From NCBI GenBank assembly GCA_944391735.1, contig CALXUR010000001.1, forward strand, positions 14,924 to 78,923: a DNA stretch of 64,000 nt. The letters are read 5' to 3'. The notes below the pieces were generated by a model, which saw only the letters and a program-made list of their open reading frames with translations, was not told the origin of the DNA and made no database searches. Source of the DNA: an uncultured Alphaproteobacteria bacterium (GTDB lineage: Bacteria > Pseudomonadota > Alphaproteobacteria > CAAHEQ01 > UBA3637). Position numbers and translations under genes: made by a program. Below, piece after piece: positions 27,298 through 37,426 of this stretch (positions are counted from its first letter, which is position 1; each line of letters opens with the position of its first letter).

Positions 27298-29802
27298 ATG
27301 GCAGAATACAATCATCTTGAAATTGAAAAAAAATGGAAAAACTATTGGGACAAACATAAAACGTTCAAAGCCGAAATCGACAAAAACAAGCCCAAGTATT
27401 ATGTATTGGATATGTTTCCATATCCTTCGGGCGCCGGATTGCATGTCGGCCATGCCGAAAATTACACCATTTCGGATATCATGGCGCGTTACAAACGTAT
27501 GAACGGTTTCAATGTTCTGCACCCGATGGGGTGGGACGCTTTCGGTTTGCCGGCCGAACGATACGCCGAAAAAACAGGGATGCATCCCGCCGATGTTGTG
27601 AAACAAAACGCCGATGTGTTCCGGACACAGCTAAAATCAATCGGGTTATCCTATGACTGGGATCGGGAAATCAATACGACGGATCCGTCATATTATAAGT
27701 GGACTCAATATATTTTTAAAATTTTATTTGACAGAGGATTGGCTTACGAAGTTGTGACCCCGGTGAATTGGTGTCCCAAGCTGGGAACCGTTCTGGCCAA
27801 TGAAGAAGTCAAGGACGGAAAATACGTCGAAACCGGGGATGAAGTCGTCCGGAAACCGTTACGTCAATGGATGTTAAAAATAACGGCCTATGCCGAACGA
27901 TTGCTACAGGATTTGGATAAAGTCAATTGGCCCGAAAGCATTAAAACGATGCAACGGGAATGGATCGGCAAATCCACGGGAGCCGACATCACATTCAAGG
28001 TCGCCGGAAAACAAGCCGAGTTCACGGTTTACACAACTCGTCCGGACACGTTGTTCGGCGCAACCTATTGTGTATTGGCTCCGGAACATGCGCTTGTCAA
28101 AGAAATTACGACGCCGGATCAAAAAGCCGCGGTGGAGGCCTATGTTGAAGCGGCTTCAAAAAAATCGGCGCAAGATCGAATGGCGGATGTTAAAGACAAA
28201 ACCGGTGCTTTTACGGGGGCGTATGCCATTAACCCGCTCAACGGAAAAGAAATTCCGATTTATATCGCGGATTATGTCCTCGGCGATTACGGTTACGGTG
28301 CTATTATGGCCGTTCCGGCACACGATCAACGTGACTATGATTTCGCGAAAAAATTCGGTATTCCGATGATTCAGGTTATTGAAGGCGGCGATATTTCCCA
28401 AGAGGCTTGGGAAGGTGACGGTGCCTTAATTAACTCGGATTTCTTAAACGGGTTGCATGTTGCCGAATCCAAAAAGAAGATGATTGCCTATGCCGAAGAA
28501 CACGGTTTCGGAAAAGGAACCGTGAACTATAAGTTGCGGGATTGGTTGTTCGCGCGGCAACGGTATTGGGGCGAACCGTTCCCGATTATCCATTGTGAGG
28601 ACGGGACGATTAAATCGCTTCCGTTTAAAGATTTACCCGTTTTATTACCGCCTATGGCGGAATTCAAGCCGACGGCCGACGGTGAACCGCCTTTGGCGCG
28701 CTGCACGGATTGGGTCAACACAACAGATCCCGACACGGGTAAACCGGCCAAACGTGAAACGAACACGATGCCGCAATGGGCGGGCAGTTCGTGGTACTTC
28801 CTGCGTTTTTGTGATCCGCATAATGATCAGGAGTTTGTCAGTAAAGAGGCCGACAATTATTGGATGCCCGTTGATTTATATGTCGGGGGTGTTGAACATG
28901 CCGTGTTGCACCTGTTATACGCCCGATTCTGGCAAAAGGTTTTGTTTGACGCGGGTTTGGTTTCAACCGACGAACCGTTCAAACGATTGGTCAATCAAGG
29001 AATGGTTTTGGCCTATTCCTATCGGGACGACAACGGTAAATATTACTATCCGAAACAGGTGGAACGCCGTGGAAACGATTGGTATGTCAAGGATACGGAC
29101 ATCAAAGTCAACACACAAGTTGAAAAAATGAGCAAATCCCGTTTCAACGTTGTCAATCCGGATGATGTGGCGAACGAGTTCGGATCAGATTCCATGCGGC
29201 TGTATTTGATGTTCATGGGACCGATTGACGCGGAAAAACCGTGGACATCGGATGGTATCAACGGCGTCAACCGCTTTGTCAAACGGGTTTGGAACATTTT
29301 TGAAACGCCGGACAAGATTCAAGAGAGCGGAGATGCCGAATTAAGCAAGCTGATGCATAAAACCATCAAAGGTGTCACGGAAGATATGGAACGGATGACA
29401 TTCAACACCGCCATATCCAAAATGATGGAAATGGTGAATGCCATCTATAAATCCGAAAAGCCAATCGCCAAGGCCGATATGGAAAGCTTTGTCAAACTGT
29501 TATCACCATTGGCACCGTTCATTTCGGAAGAATTGTGGGAGCGGTTGGGACATACGGAAAGCATCACGTATGCCCCGTGGCCGACACATGACGAAACATT
29601 GCTGGTTAAAAACGATATGAACATTGTAATTCAAGTTCTTGGCAAGAAACGTGCCACATTAACTGTTCCTGTCGATATAACACAGGACGACCTGTTGGCT
29701 TTGGCCAAAAATGAATCGCATGTTCAAGAATTCATCGCCGGAAAGGAAATCGTTAAAGTAATTTACGTTCCCGGACGATTAATGAACATCGTTGTAAAGT
29801 AA
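27298..29802 (+). CDS. leuS: Leucyl-tRNA synthetase
   Basis: '[12 protein letters not shown]' (HIGH) and 'KMSKS' motifs in an 834-aa protein with the LeuS-type CP1 layout. Confidence 0.95.
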   Translation: MAEYNHLEIEKKWKNYWDKHKTFKAEIDKNKPKYYVLDMFPYPSGAGLHVGHAENYTISDIMARYKRMNGFNVLHPMGWDAFGLPAERYAEKTGMHPADVVKQNADVFRTQLKSIGLSYDWDREINTTDPSYYKWTQYIFKILFDRGLAYEVVTPVNWCPKLGTVLANEEVKDGKYVETGDEVVRKPLRQWMLKITAYAERLLQDLDKVNWPESIKTMQREWIGKSTGADITFKVAGKQAEFTVYTTRPDTLFGATYCVLAPEHALVKEITTPDQKAAVEAYVEAASKKSAQDRMADVKDKTGAFTGAYAINPLNGKEIPIYIADYVLGDYGYGAIMAVPAHDQRDYDFAKKFGIPMIQVIEGGDISQEAWEGDGALINSDFLNGLHVAESKKKMIAYAEEHGFGKGTVNYKLRDWLFARQRYWGEPFPIIHCEDGTIKSLPFKDLPVLLPPMAEFKPTADGEPPLARCTDWVNTTDPDTGKPAKRETNTMPQWAGSSWYFLRFCDPHNDQEFVSKEADNYWMPVDLYVGGVEHAVLHLLYARFWQKVLFDAGLVSTDEPFKRLVNQGMVLAYSYRDDNGKYYYPKQVERRGNDWYVKDTDIKVNTQVEKMSKSRFNVVNPDDVANEFGSDSMRLYLMFMGPIDAEKPWTSDGINGVNRFVKRVWNIFETPDKIQESGDAELSKLMHKTIKGVTEDMERMTFNTAISKMMEMVNAIYKSEKPIAKADMESFVKLLSPLAPFISEELWERLGHTESITYAPWPTHDETLLVKNDMNIVIQVLGKKRATLTVPVDITQDDLLALAKNESHVQEFIAGKEIVKVIYVPGRLMNIVVK

Positions 29803-29807
29803 ACTAT

Positions 29808-29847
29808 ATGTGAGGATGTGGTCAACATATCCTCACATCCATTTTTA
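29808..29847 (+). terminator. Rho-independent terminator after leuS
   Basis: A 10-bp stem atgtgaggat/atcctcacat followed by a T-run. Confidence 0.75.
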
Positions 29848-29949
29848 TATTTCTTTTTATTTTTACATTCCTTCGTTCGGGACTTGATCTTTCCCGTAAA
29901 ACAAGATAATCTGAACGCACATCTTATCTTTTAACGGAAAGGAAACCCT

Positions 29950-31551
29950 ATGAAAATTATTATTATCGGTGGTGGTGCAACGGGAGCCAGCTGTGCGGCA
30001 CGACTCAGACGTTTGGACGAACGGGCGGAAATTACCCTCTTGGAACAAACGAATGAAATTTCAATAGCGAACTGTGGCCTCCCCTATTATATTTCAGACA
30101 CGATTGCCAATCGGGACGATATCTTGGTCAGCGATACGGACACATTCAAAAATTGGTTCAATATTGATGTTCATCTGAACACGCGCGTTGTCCGAATCAA
30201 GCGCGATACCCGGGAAGTCGTAACCGACACCGGCGTAACGTATCCCTATGATAAACTGGTTCTGGCTTTGGGCGCGGCACCGTTTTTACCGGATACGCCG
30301 GGCATAACAAACAGTAACGTTTTCACGCTCAGACACTTGGCTGACGCGGATAAAATAAAAGACCATATCCGACAACATGCCGTTCAAAGAGCGGTTGTCA
30401 TCGGTGGCGGTTTTATCGGCCTTGAAATGGTTGAAAATCTGAAACACATGAATATTGACGTCTCTCTTGTTGAGGCTTGCGATCAAATTCTAAATCCTTT
30501 TGATACAGACATAGCCGACGTTGCCCGAAACACCCTGTTACGGCATGGCGTTACCCTCTATTTAAATACAACCGTTCAAAAGATTGCCGGAGATCAAGTA
30601 TATTTATCTTCCGGACAGATTCTGACAACCGACATCGTGATTGCGGCCATCGGTGTTCGACCGGAAACAGGTATCGCCGTCGAAGCGGGGTTGGAAACGG
30701 GATTGCGGGGTGCCATACGGGTCAACGCGAACCTGCAAACATCCGATCCGAACATTTACGCGGGCGGAGACAGTATTGAAGTCAAAAACCTGGTATGCGG
30801 AAACGCTGCCCTTATCCCGCTGGCCGGCCCGGCAAACAGACAAGGTCGCATCATCGCCGATAACATCGCCGGTATTTCATCGATGTATCAAGCCTCCCAA
30901 GGCAGTTCAATCATCCGTCTGTTTGACACGGCGTTTGCCATGACCGGCGCAACGGAAAGAGGGCTTCAGGAACAAAACAAACCCTACCATAAAATCCATG
31001 TCTGGGCAAACTCACATGCCTCTTACTATCCGGACGCACATCCTGTCTTAATTAAGCTGTTATTCGGTCGCGACGGCACTGTTTTTGGGGCACAGGTCTA
31101 TGGTCAATCCGGCGTGGATAAAATAACAGATGTCATTGCATCCCTTATTCGTCATCAAGCAACCGTTACAGATCTTGTTGAAATAGAACTTTGCTATGCT
31201 CCGCCGTTTAATTCGGCCAAAAGCCCTGTCAACATAGCCGGTATGGCGGCCGAAAATGTTTTGCGCGGTTTCGTAACACCTTGTTTTGACTTGGATTCCG
31301 ATGCTGTGCTGATAGATGTTCGACCGGCCGCCGCCTTTGCCCGGGATGCTTTGCCCCAAGCCATCAACATCCCGATTGCCGAACTGCGAAACGCTATGCT
31401 CCGACTGCCCCAAGACAAAAAAATAATCGTCTATTGTGCTAAAGGATATACGGGATATGTTGCGGCCTGTCTTTTAAGACAAGAAGGGTTTAAAAATGTA
31501 TTCAGTTTATCCGGCGGACTGATGTTTTTAAAAGACCGAAAGACACCGTGA
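29950..31551 (+). CDS. CoA-disulfide reductase / NADH oxidase-like flavoprotein with C-terminal rhodanese domain
   Basis: 'IIIIGGGATGASCAARL', the redox Cys in 'SIANCGLPYY', a second dinucleotide fold 'VVIGGGFIGLE', and a C-terminal rhodanese-like 'IIVYCAKGYTG'. Confidence 0.8.
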   Translation: MKIIIIGGGATGASCAARLRRLDERAEITLLEQTNEISIANCGLPYYISDTIANRDDILVSDTDTFKNWFNIDVHLNTRVVRIKRDTREVVTDTGVTYPYDKLVLALGAAPFLPDTPGITNSNVFTLRHLADADKIKDHIRQHAVQRAVVIGGGFIGLEMVENLKHMNIDVSLVEACDQILNPFDTDIADVARNTLLRHGVTLYLNTTVQKIAGDQVYLSSGQILTTDIVIAAIGVRPETGIAVEAGLETGLRGAIRVNANLQTSDPNIYAGGDSIEVKNLVCGNAALIPLAGPANRQGRIIADNIAGISSMYQASQGSSIIRLFDTAFAMTGATERGLQEQNKPYHKIHVWANSHASYYPDAHPVLIKLLFGRDGTVFGAQVYGQSGVDKITDVIASLIRHQATVTDLVEIELCYAPPFNSAKSPVNIAGMAAENVLRGFVTPCFDLDSDAVLIDVRPAAAFARDALPQAINIPIAELRNAMLRLPQDKKIIVYCAKGYTGYVAACLLRQEGFKNVFSLSGGLMFLKDRKTP

Positions 31552-31609
31552 CCCGCTATTGCATCGACCAACAATCGGCCTTATATGATTTTCAAACAGA
31601 GGAGTAAAG

Positions 31610-32458
31610 ATGAAAGAGGAAATCATCCTGGCCGGCGGATGTTTTTGGGGCATTCAATCGGCTTTTGACAAAATCCCGGGCGTTATTCAAACCGAAGTCG
31701 GTTATATCGGCGGAGTAACCCAAAACCCGACATATAAAGAAGTTTGCACCGATTCCACCGGACATGCGGAGGCAGTGCGTATTTTGTATGATTCAGATAA
31801 AATCTCTTTGGCCGAATTGTTGGATATTTTTTTTATGATCCACGATCCGACGACGCCCGACCGGCAAGGACCGGACATCGGACGTCAATACAGATCGGCT
31901 GTTTTTTATACAAAAGCGAAAGACAAAAAAATCATCACACAAAAAATAAAAGAATACGGTGCCTATTTCGAACAACCGATTATAACGGAAGTAAAACAAG
32001 GCGGTATCTTTTATCCGGCCGAAACCTATCATCAAAAGTATTTTGAAAAACTGGGCAAAAAAACATGTCCCCATGTTGAAAAAAGTAAAGATGCCTTTTT
32101 GCGTAAAAAACTAACACCCGAACAATATCGAATTATGCGAGAGCAAGGGACGGAAGCACCTTTTTCAGGTAAATATATTTATTTTGATGAAAAAGGCATT
32201 TATCGGTGTGCCGCCTGCGGCCAAAAATTATTCGATTCGACAAGTAAATTCCAAACAACCTGTGGTTGGCCCGGATTTGACAAAGCTTGCCCCGATGCCG
32301 TAACACTCAAAAAAGATTTCAGCCATTTCATGGTTCGGGACGAAGTATTATGCAGTCACTGTCAATCACATTTAGGCCATCTGTTTAACGATGGTCCCAC
32401 CACGACAGGATTGCGTTATTGTATCAATTCGGCCGTTCTTGATTTTGAAAAAAAATAA
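31610..32458 (+). CDS. Bifunctional methionine sulfoxide reductase MsrA-MsrB
   Basis: The MsrA motif 'GGCFWG' lies at the N-terminus. MsrB CxxC pairs and 'RYCINS' lie at the C-terminus. Confidence 0.9.
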   Translation: MKEEIILAGGCFWGIQSAFDKIPGVIQTEVGYIGGVTQNPTYKEVCTDSTGHAEAVRILYDSDKISLAELLDIFFMIHDPTTPDRQGPDIGRQYRSAVFYTKAKDKKIITQKIKEYGAYFEQPIITEVKQGGIFYPAETYHQKYFEKLGKKTCPHVEKSKDAFLRKKLTPEQYRIMREQGTEAPFSGKYIYFDEKGIYRCAACGQKLFDSTSKFQTTCGWPGFDKACPDAVTLKKDFSHFMVRDEVLCSHCQSHLGHLFNDGPTTTGLRYCINSAVLDFEKK

Positions 32459-32464
32459 CCGCGT

Positions 32465-33601
32465 TCACTTTTTCAAGTCAACCAAAATCAACGGCACCCG
32501 CATTTCCGCCTGTGTCAATCCGGCATGAGCACTTTTCAAGTCCGGTATCACTTCACCCGGTTGATGTTGACAAATTGATTTTCCGGAAATAGATGAAATA
32601 ATATAATCTCCGATAAAATCCAATGCGCGTTCATGCGGTTTTCCGTATCCGAACAAATGTCTGTCCAAAACTTCCTGACGACTGAATAAAATAAAATCCT
32701 GCGACAAATACCGATTAAACAAGTCTAAAAAACGATCCCGCCGCCCCGGTTTCAAAGCAATACTGACCGTTCTGTCATCCAGACTGAGCGGCCTGGACAA
32801 ACAATCAACCATATCTTCAATATCATCTATATATACAACTTCTTCCAGCGGAGTATGTCCATGGTCTGCTGAGACAATCAACAAAGTATCCGTCAATTGT
32901 GCGGATAATGTTCGGATACGCCGATTTATATCCCGGACGATTTCCCTAACATCGGGGGCATATGTTCCTTGGTTGTGCATGGTATGATCCGGTTCATTCC
33001 AATAAGCGAACACATATTGCCTACCCTCTTTTCCACAGGTAACCCGAATATCCCGAAACCACTCGGATAATGTTTCGGCTTCACCACCCGGAATAGAGGC
33101 GGGATAAATACTTCTTGCTTGAACACACCCACCTGTCGCACGATTAATCCGATCCCATATCGGTTCATAGGATAGTTGATCCGCAACCGGGGGAACATCC
33201 AGCTTTTTCTGTGTATATAAATCACAATTTCGATATAATTCAATGACCTTTTCATATTCTTTAAAATAACAGGCCCAAGCCAACCATCCATGCGTAATCG
33301 GTGGCAACGCGGAACGATAAGTCGTCATCGCGGCACAGGTTGTCGGCGGAAAGACAGAGGAAATCGACCGCACAAAATGCTGTCTTAAGAAAGAACGTGG
33401 CGACAGTGTTTTTCCCAGAAAATCAACACCCATGCCATCAAAAACCATAACAACAATATTTTTATATCTCCGCTTTAAAACGGCGTCTAAATCGGATAAC
33501 GTCGCATAATCCGATGATACACCATAATGTTTTAAAATCGAATGACTTAATGATAAAATACTATCATCATAATTCGGAAAACAGACCCGTGTATCAGACA
33601 A
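32465..33601 (-). CDS. Alkaline-phosphatase-superfamily phosphodiesterase / nucleotide pyrophosphatase-like protein
   Basis: 'VVMVFDGMG', nucleophile region 'FPPTTCAAMTT', and 'VSADHGH'. Confidence 0.65.
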   Translation of the reverse strand: MSDTRVCFPNYDDSILSLSHSILKHYGVSSDYATLSDLDAVLKRRYKNIVVMVFDGMGVDFLGKTLSPRSFLRQHFVRSISSVFPPTTCAAMTTYRSALPPITHGWLAWACYFKEYEKVIELYRNCDLYTQKKLDVPPVADQLSYEPIWDRINRATGGCVQARSIYPASIPGGEAETLSEWFRDIRVTCGKEGRQYVFAYWNEPDHTMHNQGTYAPDVREIVRDINRRIRTLSAQLTDTLLIVSADHGHTPLEEVVYIDDIEDMVDCLSRPLSLDDRTVSIALKPGRRDRFLDLFNRYLSQDFILFSRQEVLDRHLFGYGKPHERALDFIGDYIISSISGKSICQHQPGEVIPDLKSAHAGLTQAEMRVPLILVDLKK

Positions 33602-33603
33602 AA

Positions 33604-34137
33604 TTATTTCTCCTCTTTCAACAACTTACTGATATAATACTCATCATGCCAACGACCATTGATAAAGGCTGTTTCTTTGGTTATACCTTCAATTGTAAAA
33701 CCACACTTTAAATACAAATGAATCGCATGATAGTTTTCCGTGCGAACCGTTCCGAATAACCGATGCACACCCTTTTCACGAGCCCCGGCCTCCAGCTGAC
33801 GCATCAATTCGGTTCCCAAACCACAATGATAAAATTCTTTCAAAATACATAAACCGAAACCGGCATTACCACCCGACCACGGATGATTCGGTTTAGGCTT
33901 TTGAAAAGAAGTCATACCGATTAATCTGCCATCCGGTAAAAACGCACCTAAAAATAAATTATCCTTGTTTTCATAGGCGGCCACCGATTTATCCCGTTCA
34001 ATATCCGGTTGTCCGGGATATTGGTTTGTAAAAATTGTTTCCGTTGAAAAAAGACGTAAAAAATCACGAACTGCCTCAAAATCAGAACCGCGTAATCGCC
34101 GAATATCAGCCTCTGAATTATTTTTTAATTTAATCAT
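33604..34137 (-). CDS. GNAT family N-acetyltransferase
   Basis: 'HCGLGTELMRQLE' (motif A) and the 'YLKCGF' tail. It sits immediately downstream of the phosphodiesterase-like gene. Confidence 0.75.
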   Translation of the reverse strand: MIKLKNNSEADIRRLRGSDFEAVRDFLRLFSTETIFTNQYPGQPDIERDKSVAAYENKDNLFLGAFLPDGRLIGMTSFQKPKPNHPWSGGNAGFGLCILKEFYHCGLGTELMRQLEAGAREKGVHRLFGTVRTENYHAIHLYLKCGFTIEGITKETAFINGRWHDEYYISKLLKEEK

Positions 34138-34248
34138 TTTTTGTCCCTCCTTTAAATTAAGATATCAAACATATTTTATAAAATCAACCTAAAAAACTTG
34201 ACTTATCCTTTTTTTCAACTCATCTTTATTTATACTAAAGGAGACAAC

Positions 34249-34683
34249 ATGAAAACATACTATATTGTCAGCGGGGGATTTGACCCGATTCACGAAGGTC
34301 ATATTGAAATGATCAAAGCCGGCGCCGCCGCCAGCGACGGTGTTATTTTATTACTAAACTCGGATGAATGGTTGATTCGTAAAAAGGGGAAAAACTTTAT
34401 GAACTTTAACACGCGCCGCGTTATTTGCGACAACATGAAAGGTGTTATTGAGGTCATTGGTTTTGATGACACGGATAACTCGGCCTCTGACGGTATCCGT
34501 AAAGTCCGCGCCAAATATCCGAACGACCACTTGGTTTTTGCCAATGGCGGAGACCGCGGCTCTGATAATATTCGGGAGGACGATGTTTGTAAAGAATGTG
34601 ATGTGGATTTAGTTTTCGGAGTCGGCGGTGATAACAAAGCCAATTCATCATCATGGATTTTGAATAACTGGTCCGAAAAATAA
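34249..34683 (+). CDS. Cytidylyl/adenylyl-transferase-like protein (HxGH nucleotidyltransferase fold)
   Basis: AAAGGAG precedes the ATG. 'SGGFDPIHEGHIEMI' is the (T/H)xGH motif. Confidence 0.65.
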   Translation: MKTYYIVSGGFDPIHEGHIEMIKAGAAASDGVILLLNSDEWLIRKKGKNFMNFNTRRVICDNMKGVIEVIGFDDTDNSASDGIRKVRAKYPNDHLVFANGGDRGSDNIREDDVCKECDVDLVFGVGGDNKANSSSWILNNWSEK

Positions 34684-34802
34684 CATAAAATAAAACACTC
34701 CGAATCCTTGGTCATACATAACCAAGGATTTTTTATGCGTTTTTTTATAAATACCAACTTTCGACGCATGCGAAAGTTAATCAATATCTCTATCATATAA
34801 TC

Positions 34803-36068
34803 ATGAAAAACATAAAATACATATTACTAATCCTATTGTTCCTGACCGGATGCCACAGCTTTGAACAAGAGTTGGCACATGATTTAGTGGCAAATACCGA
34901 ACAGACACTTTCTTTGTGTAAAATAACGGGGTTTCCCTACCACGGAATAAAAGACCACCTGAATCAAAAACAAACATTGAAAGTTCTAATGATTCACGGC
35001 ATAGGCACACACCATCCCGGGTATTCTATGCCCTTACAACAAAATCTGGCAGCTCAAATCGGATTTAACGTGTTATCCCGAGTGCCCAAAAACATGACTT
35101 TGATAGATAAAGCGGATCAAAAAACACCGATAGGTAACCTGCGCGTGACCTTGTGGGAAAACACAACCGATTCGCGTCAAATGTTATTTTACGAATTAAC
35201 CTGGTCGGAAATAACACAACCCTATAAAAAAATTTTGAGTTTCGACATGACCGAGGAATACACCTCCGACCGGGTTCCTTTTAACAACACCATGAAAGGC
35301 TTTTTGGATAATCTGTTGCCTGATCCGATGATTTACCTGACGGATCCGCACCATCTGATACTGCATGCCGGACAACAGGCTTTTTGTTGGATGTTGGCCT
35401 CGGAATGGGAAACGTTCCCGACTGATAAAAAAACAAACTGTCCTTTGCCGACAACCGATATCGTCGGGAAAATGGCCGATGAAAACATTCTTTTTATTAC
35501 ACACAGTTTGGGCAGTGAAATCCTGACAGACACAATCGTTTCCGTCGCCGATGCAATTGAAAGCGAACAACTGCATCAATCTCCCGCGTTAAGTGATAAA
35601 ATAAACAAACTTCAAAATAAAAAATTAACGGTTTTCATGATGGCTAATCAACTGCCGATTTTAAGAATTGACAAACCTAAACCGCGCGTCCACAATCAAA
35701 TTGCCGCCTATTGCGAACCGAACGGCACAGATTACGCTAAACGATTATTTAAAGGATTGAATATTGTCGCGTTCACGGATCCCAACGATATACTCAGTTA
35801 TGAAATACCCCAAACCTTTGCGGACACTTACCTGGACTCCCGACTCTGCCCGCTTGTCAGTAACGTAACCGTCAACGTCGCTCCCGAAATGGCGGCATTC
35901 GGGATCGGCGTTGTTAATCCGATAACCGCTCACACGGCTTATGATACAAATAAAAAAGTCATTTCCTTAATGGTTTCGGGAACAGAAAACTTTAAGGCGG
36001 ATACGACTTTAAACCATATGTGCCGCATGATTTCCCTGAAAGACAACAACCGTATGGACGCCGATTAA
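34803..36068 (+). CDS. Lipoprotein, alpha/beta-hydrolase-like
   Basis: Lipobox 'LLFLTGC' and a GxSxG-like 'THSLGSE'. No closer family recognised. Confidence 0.55.
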   Translation: MKNIKYILLILLFLTGCHSFEQELAHDLVANTEQTLSLCKITGFPYHGIKDHLNQKQTLKVLMIHGIGTHHPGYSMPLQQNLAAQIGFNVLSRVPKNMTLIDKADQKTPIGNLRVTLWENTTDSRQMLFYELTWSEITQPYKKILSFDMTEEYTSDRVPFNNTMKGFLDNLLPDPMIYLTDPHHLILHAGQQAFCWMLASEWETFPTDKKTNCPLPTTDIVGKMADENILFITHSLGSEILTDTIVSVADAIESEQLHQSPALSDKINKLQNKKLTVFMMANQLPILRIDKPKPRVHNQIAAYCEPNGTDYAKRLFKGLNIVAFTDPNDILSYEIPQTFADTYLDSRLCPLVSNVTVNVAPEMAAFGIGVVNPITAHTAYDTNKKVISLMVSGTENFKADTTLNHMCRMISLKDNNRMDAD

Positions 36069-36225
36069 TTATCCTCGGCAGATGGCAACGGCTTTGTCCG
36101 ACATGTATTAAATAAATCCAAATTGGTATCATAAAGCCGAAATAGAATGTCAACAAACAGATCAATACTCCGGAACCGATTTCCCGTTCCGTTTTTTTAT
36201 AAGTCAACCCCATCTTTTCCTCCAT

Positions 36226-36597
36226 TTAATTAAAAGCAATCGGAATTAAAATCAGGCTCCAGACAAGCCCTGTTGCCGCGAAAGCGATTAAAACCAACAA
36301 GCTGCCGATATCTTTTGCTTTTTTGGACAAATCATGGTAATCCGGCGAAATACGGTCTACCACGGTTTCAATGGCTGTATTAATCAATTCCATCAATAAA
36401 ATAAGAATCAATGTCAAAGCCATCAAAGCCGTTTGTTCAAGTGTGACGGGTAAAAAGAACAACAACCCGCCGGCAATCAAACAAAACAGCAAGTCTTGCC
36501 GAAACGCCGCCTCGCTTTTAAAAGCGGCATAAAAACCGTCATATGAATATAAAAAGGCCTTTAAAATACGTTTTAAACCAACATCCGATGATTTCAT
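36226..36597 (-). CDS. dgkA: Diacylglycerol kinase
   Basis: A 123-aa three-TM protein. 'AAFRQDL' and 'ELINTAIETVVDRISPDYH..AKDIGS' match prokaryotic DgkA. Confidence 0.85.
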   Translation of the reverse strand: MKSSDVGLKRILKAFLYSYDGFYAAFKSEAAFRQDLLFCLIAGGLLFFLPVTLEQTALMALTLILILLMELINTAIETVVDRISPDYHDLSKKAKDIGSLLVLIAFAATGLVWSLILIPIAFN

Positions 36598-36694
36598 GTC
36601 CGGGCTCTCCTTAAGTCTAAGGGAGTATGACCGATTTTTGATTCAAACGCAAGTCTTTCTTGACAGTTTTTCTATTTTAGCATACAAAAAGTTT

Positions 36695-37305
36695 ATGGAT
36701 AGTCTGTTATTAACCAATCACCTTCCCGCCGACATCTACCAAAAAGATCCTTTCTGGTTGGTGAAACATGTTATTTTAGGTTCCTATTTATGTAGTCTTG
36801 TCGATGGGGCATTCACGGCCGGAAAGATAACAGAGGCAGAAGTTTATCTGGGATCAGATGATAAAGCCGCCCACGCCTGCGGATACAAAAAACACCCCGA
36901 ACCGCCGTTCAGTTTTTAGAGGGCGGATACGCCTATACGTTCTTGATTTACGGTATGTATGATCAGTTTTGTGTCACCACAAGTCCCGCCGGCCAACCGG
37001 ACACGATTTTAATCCGGGCGTTAGAACCCGTCGCGGGCATTGAAACCATGCAACAACGCCGAAAAACCACTATCATCAAAAACCTGACAACCGGACCGGG
37101 GAAATTATGCCAAGCCCTCGGCATCACAAAACATCATAACGGTGAATCGTTAAACGGATCGTTAATATGGCTGTCACCGCGTCAAGATAAAATCCGCCTG
37201 TCCGATATCGCCGCGACACCCCGAATCGGTATTGATGGTGCAGGTGACTATCGGGACAAACCCTGGCGTTTTATCTTAAAAAACTCCCCGTATCTCAGCC
37301 GCTAA
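36695..37305 (+). pseudogene. mpg: DNA-3-methyladenine glycosylase (Mpg/AAG family), frameshifted at an A6 run
   Basis: 'ILGSYL...GKITEAEVYLGSDDKAAHA' continues, after the A-run at 36887-36892, in another frame as 'KKTPRTAVQFLEGGYAYTFLIYGMYDQFCVTT...ILIRALEP..GPGKLCQALGI...RIGI'. Confidence 0.75.
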
Positions 37306-37426
37306 CCGGCCATCCGTTACCGTTCGGAACCCACCTGCATCAAGCCTTGTCGCAATGCACCGACTCTTATCGTATTTTTTAATTTATTAAAAGACATTGT
37401 GTCTTCCTACCCGTTTTTATCGACCA

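Noticed and set aside
27890-29315. Alternative-frame and antisense ORFs inside leuS (27890..28369, 28595..29131, 29046..29315).
   Set aside because: They are embedded in a gene with canonical HIGH and KMSKS motifs. Their Arg-rich compositions are typical of out-of-frame translation.
36596-36694. A 33-aa N-terminal extension of the mpg ORF, overlapping the dgkA start.
   Set aside because: Mpg-family proteins start close to the 'LLG..L' block. The ATG at 36695 gives the expected length, and the extension shows no homology-like features.
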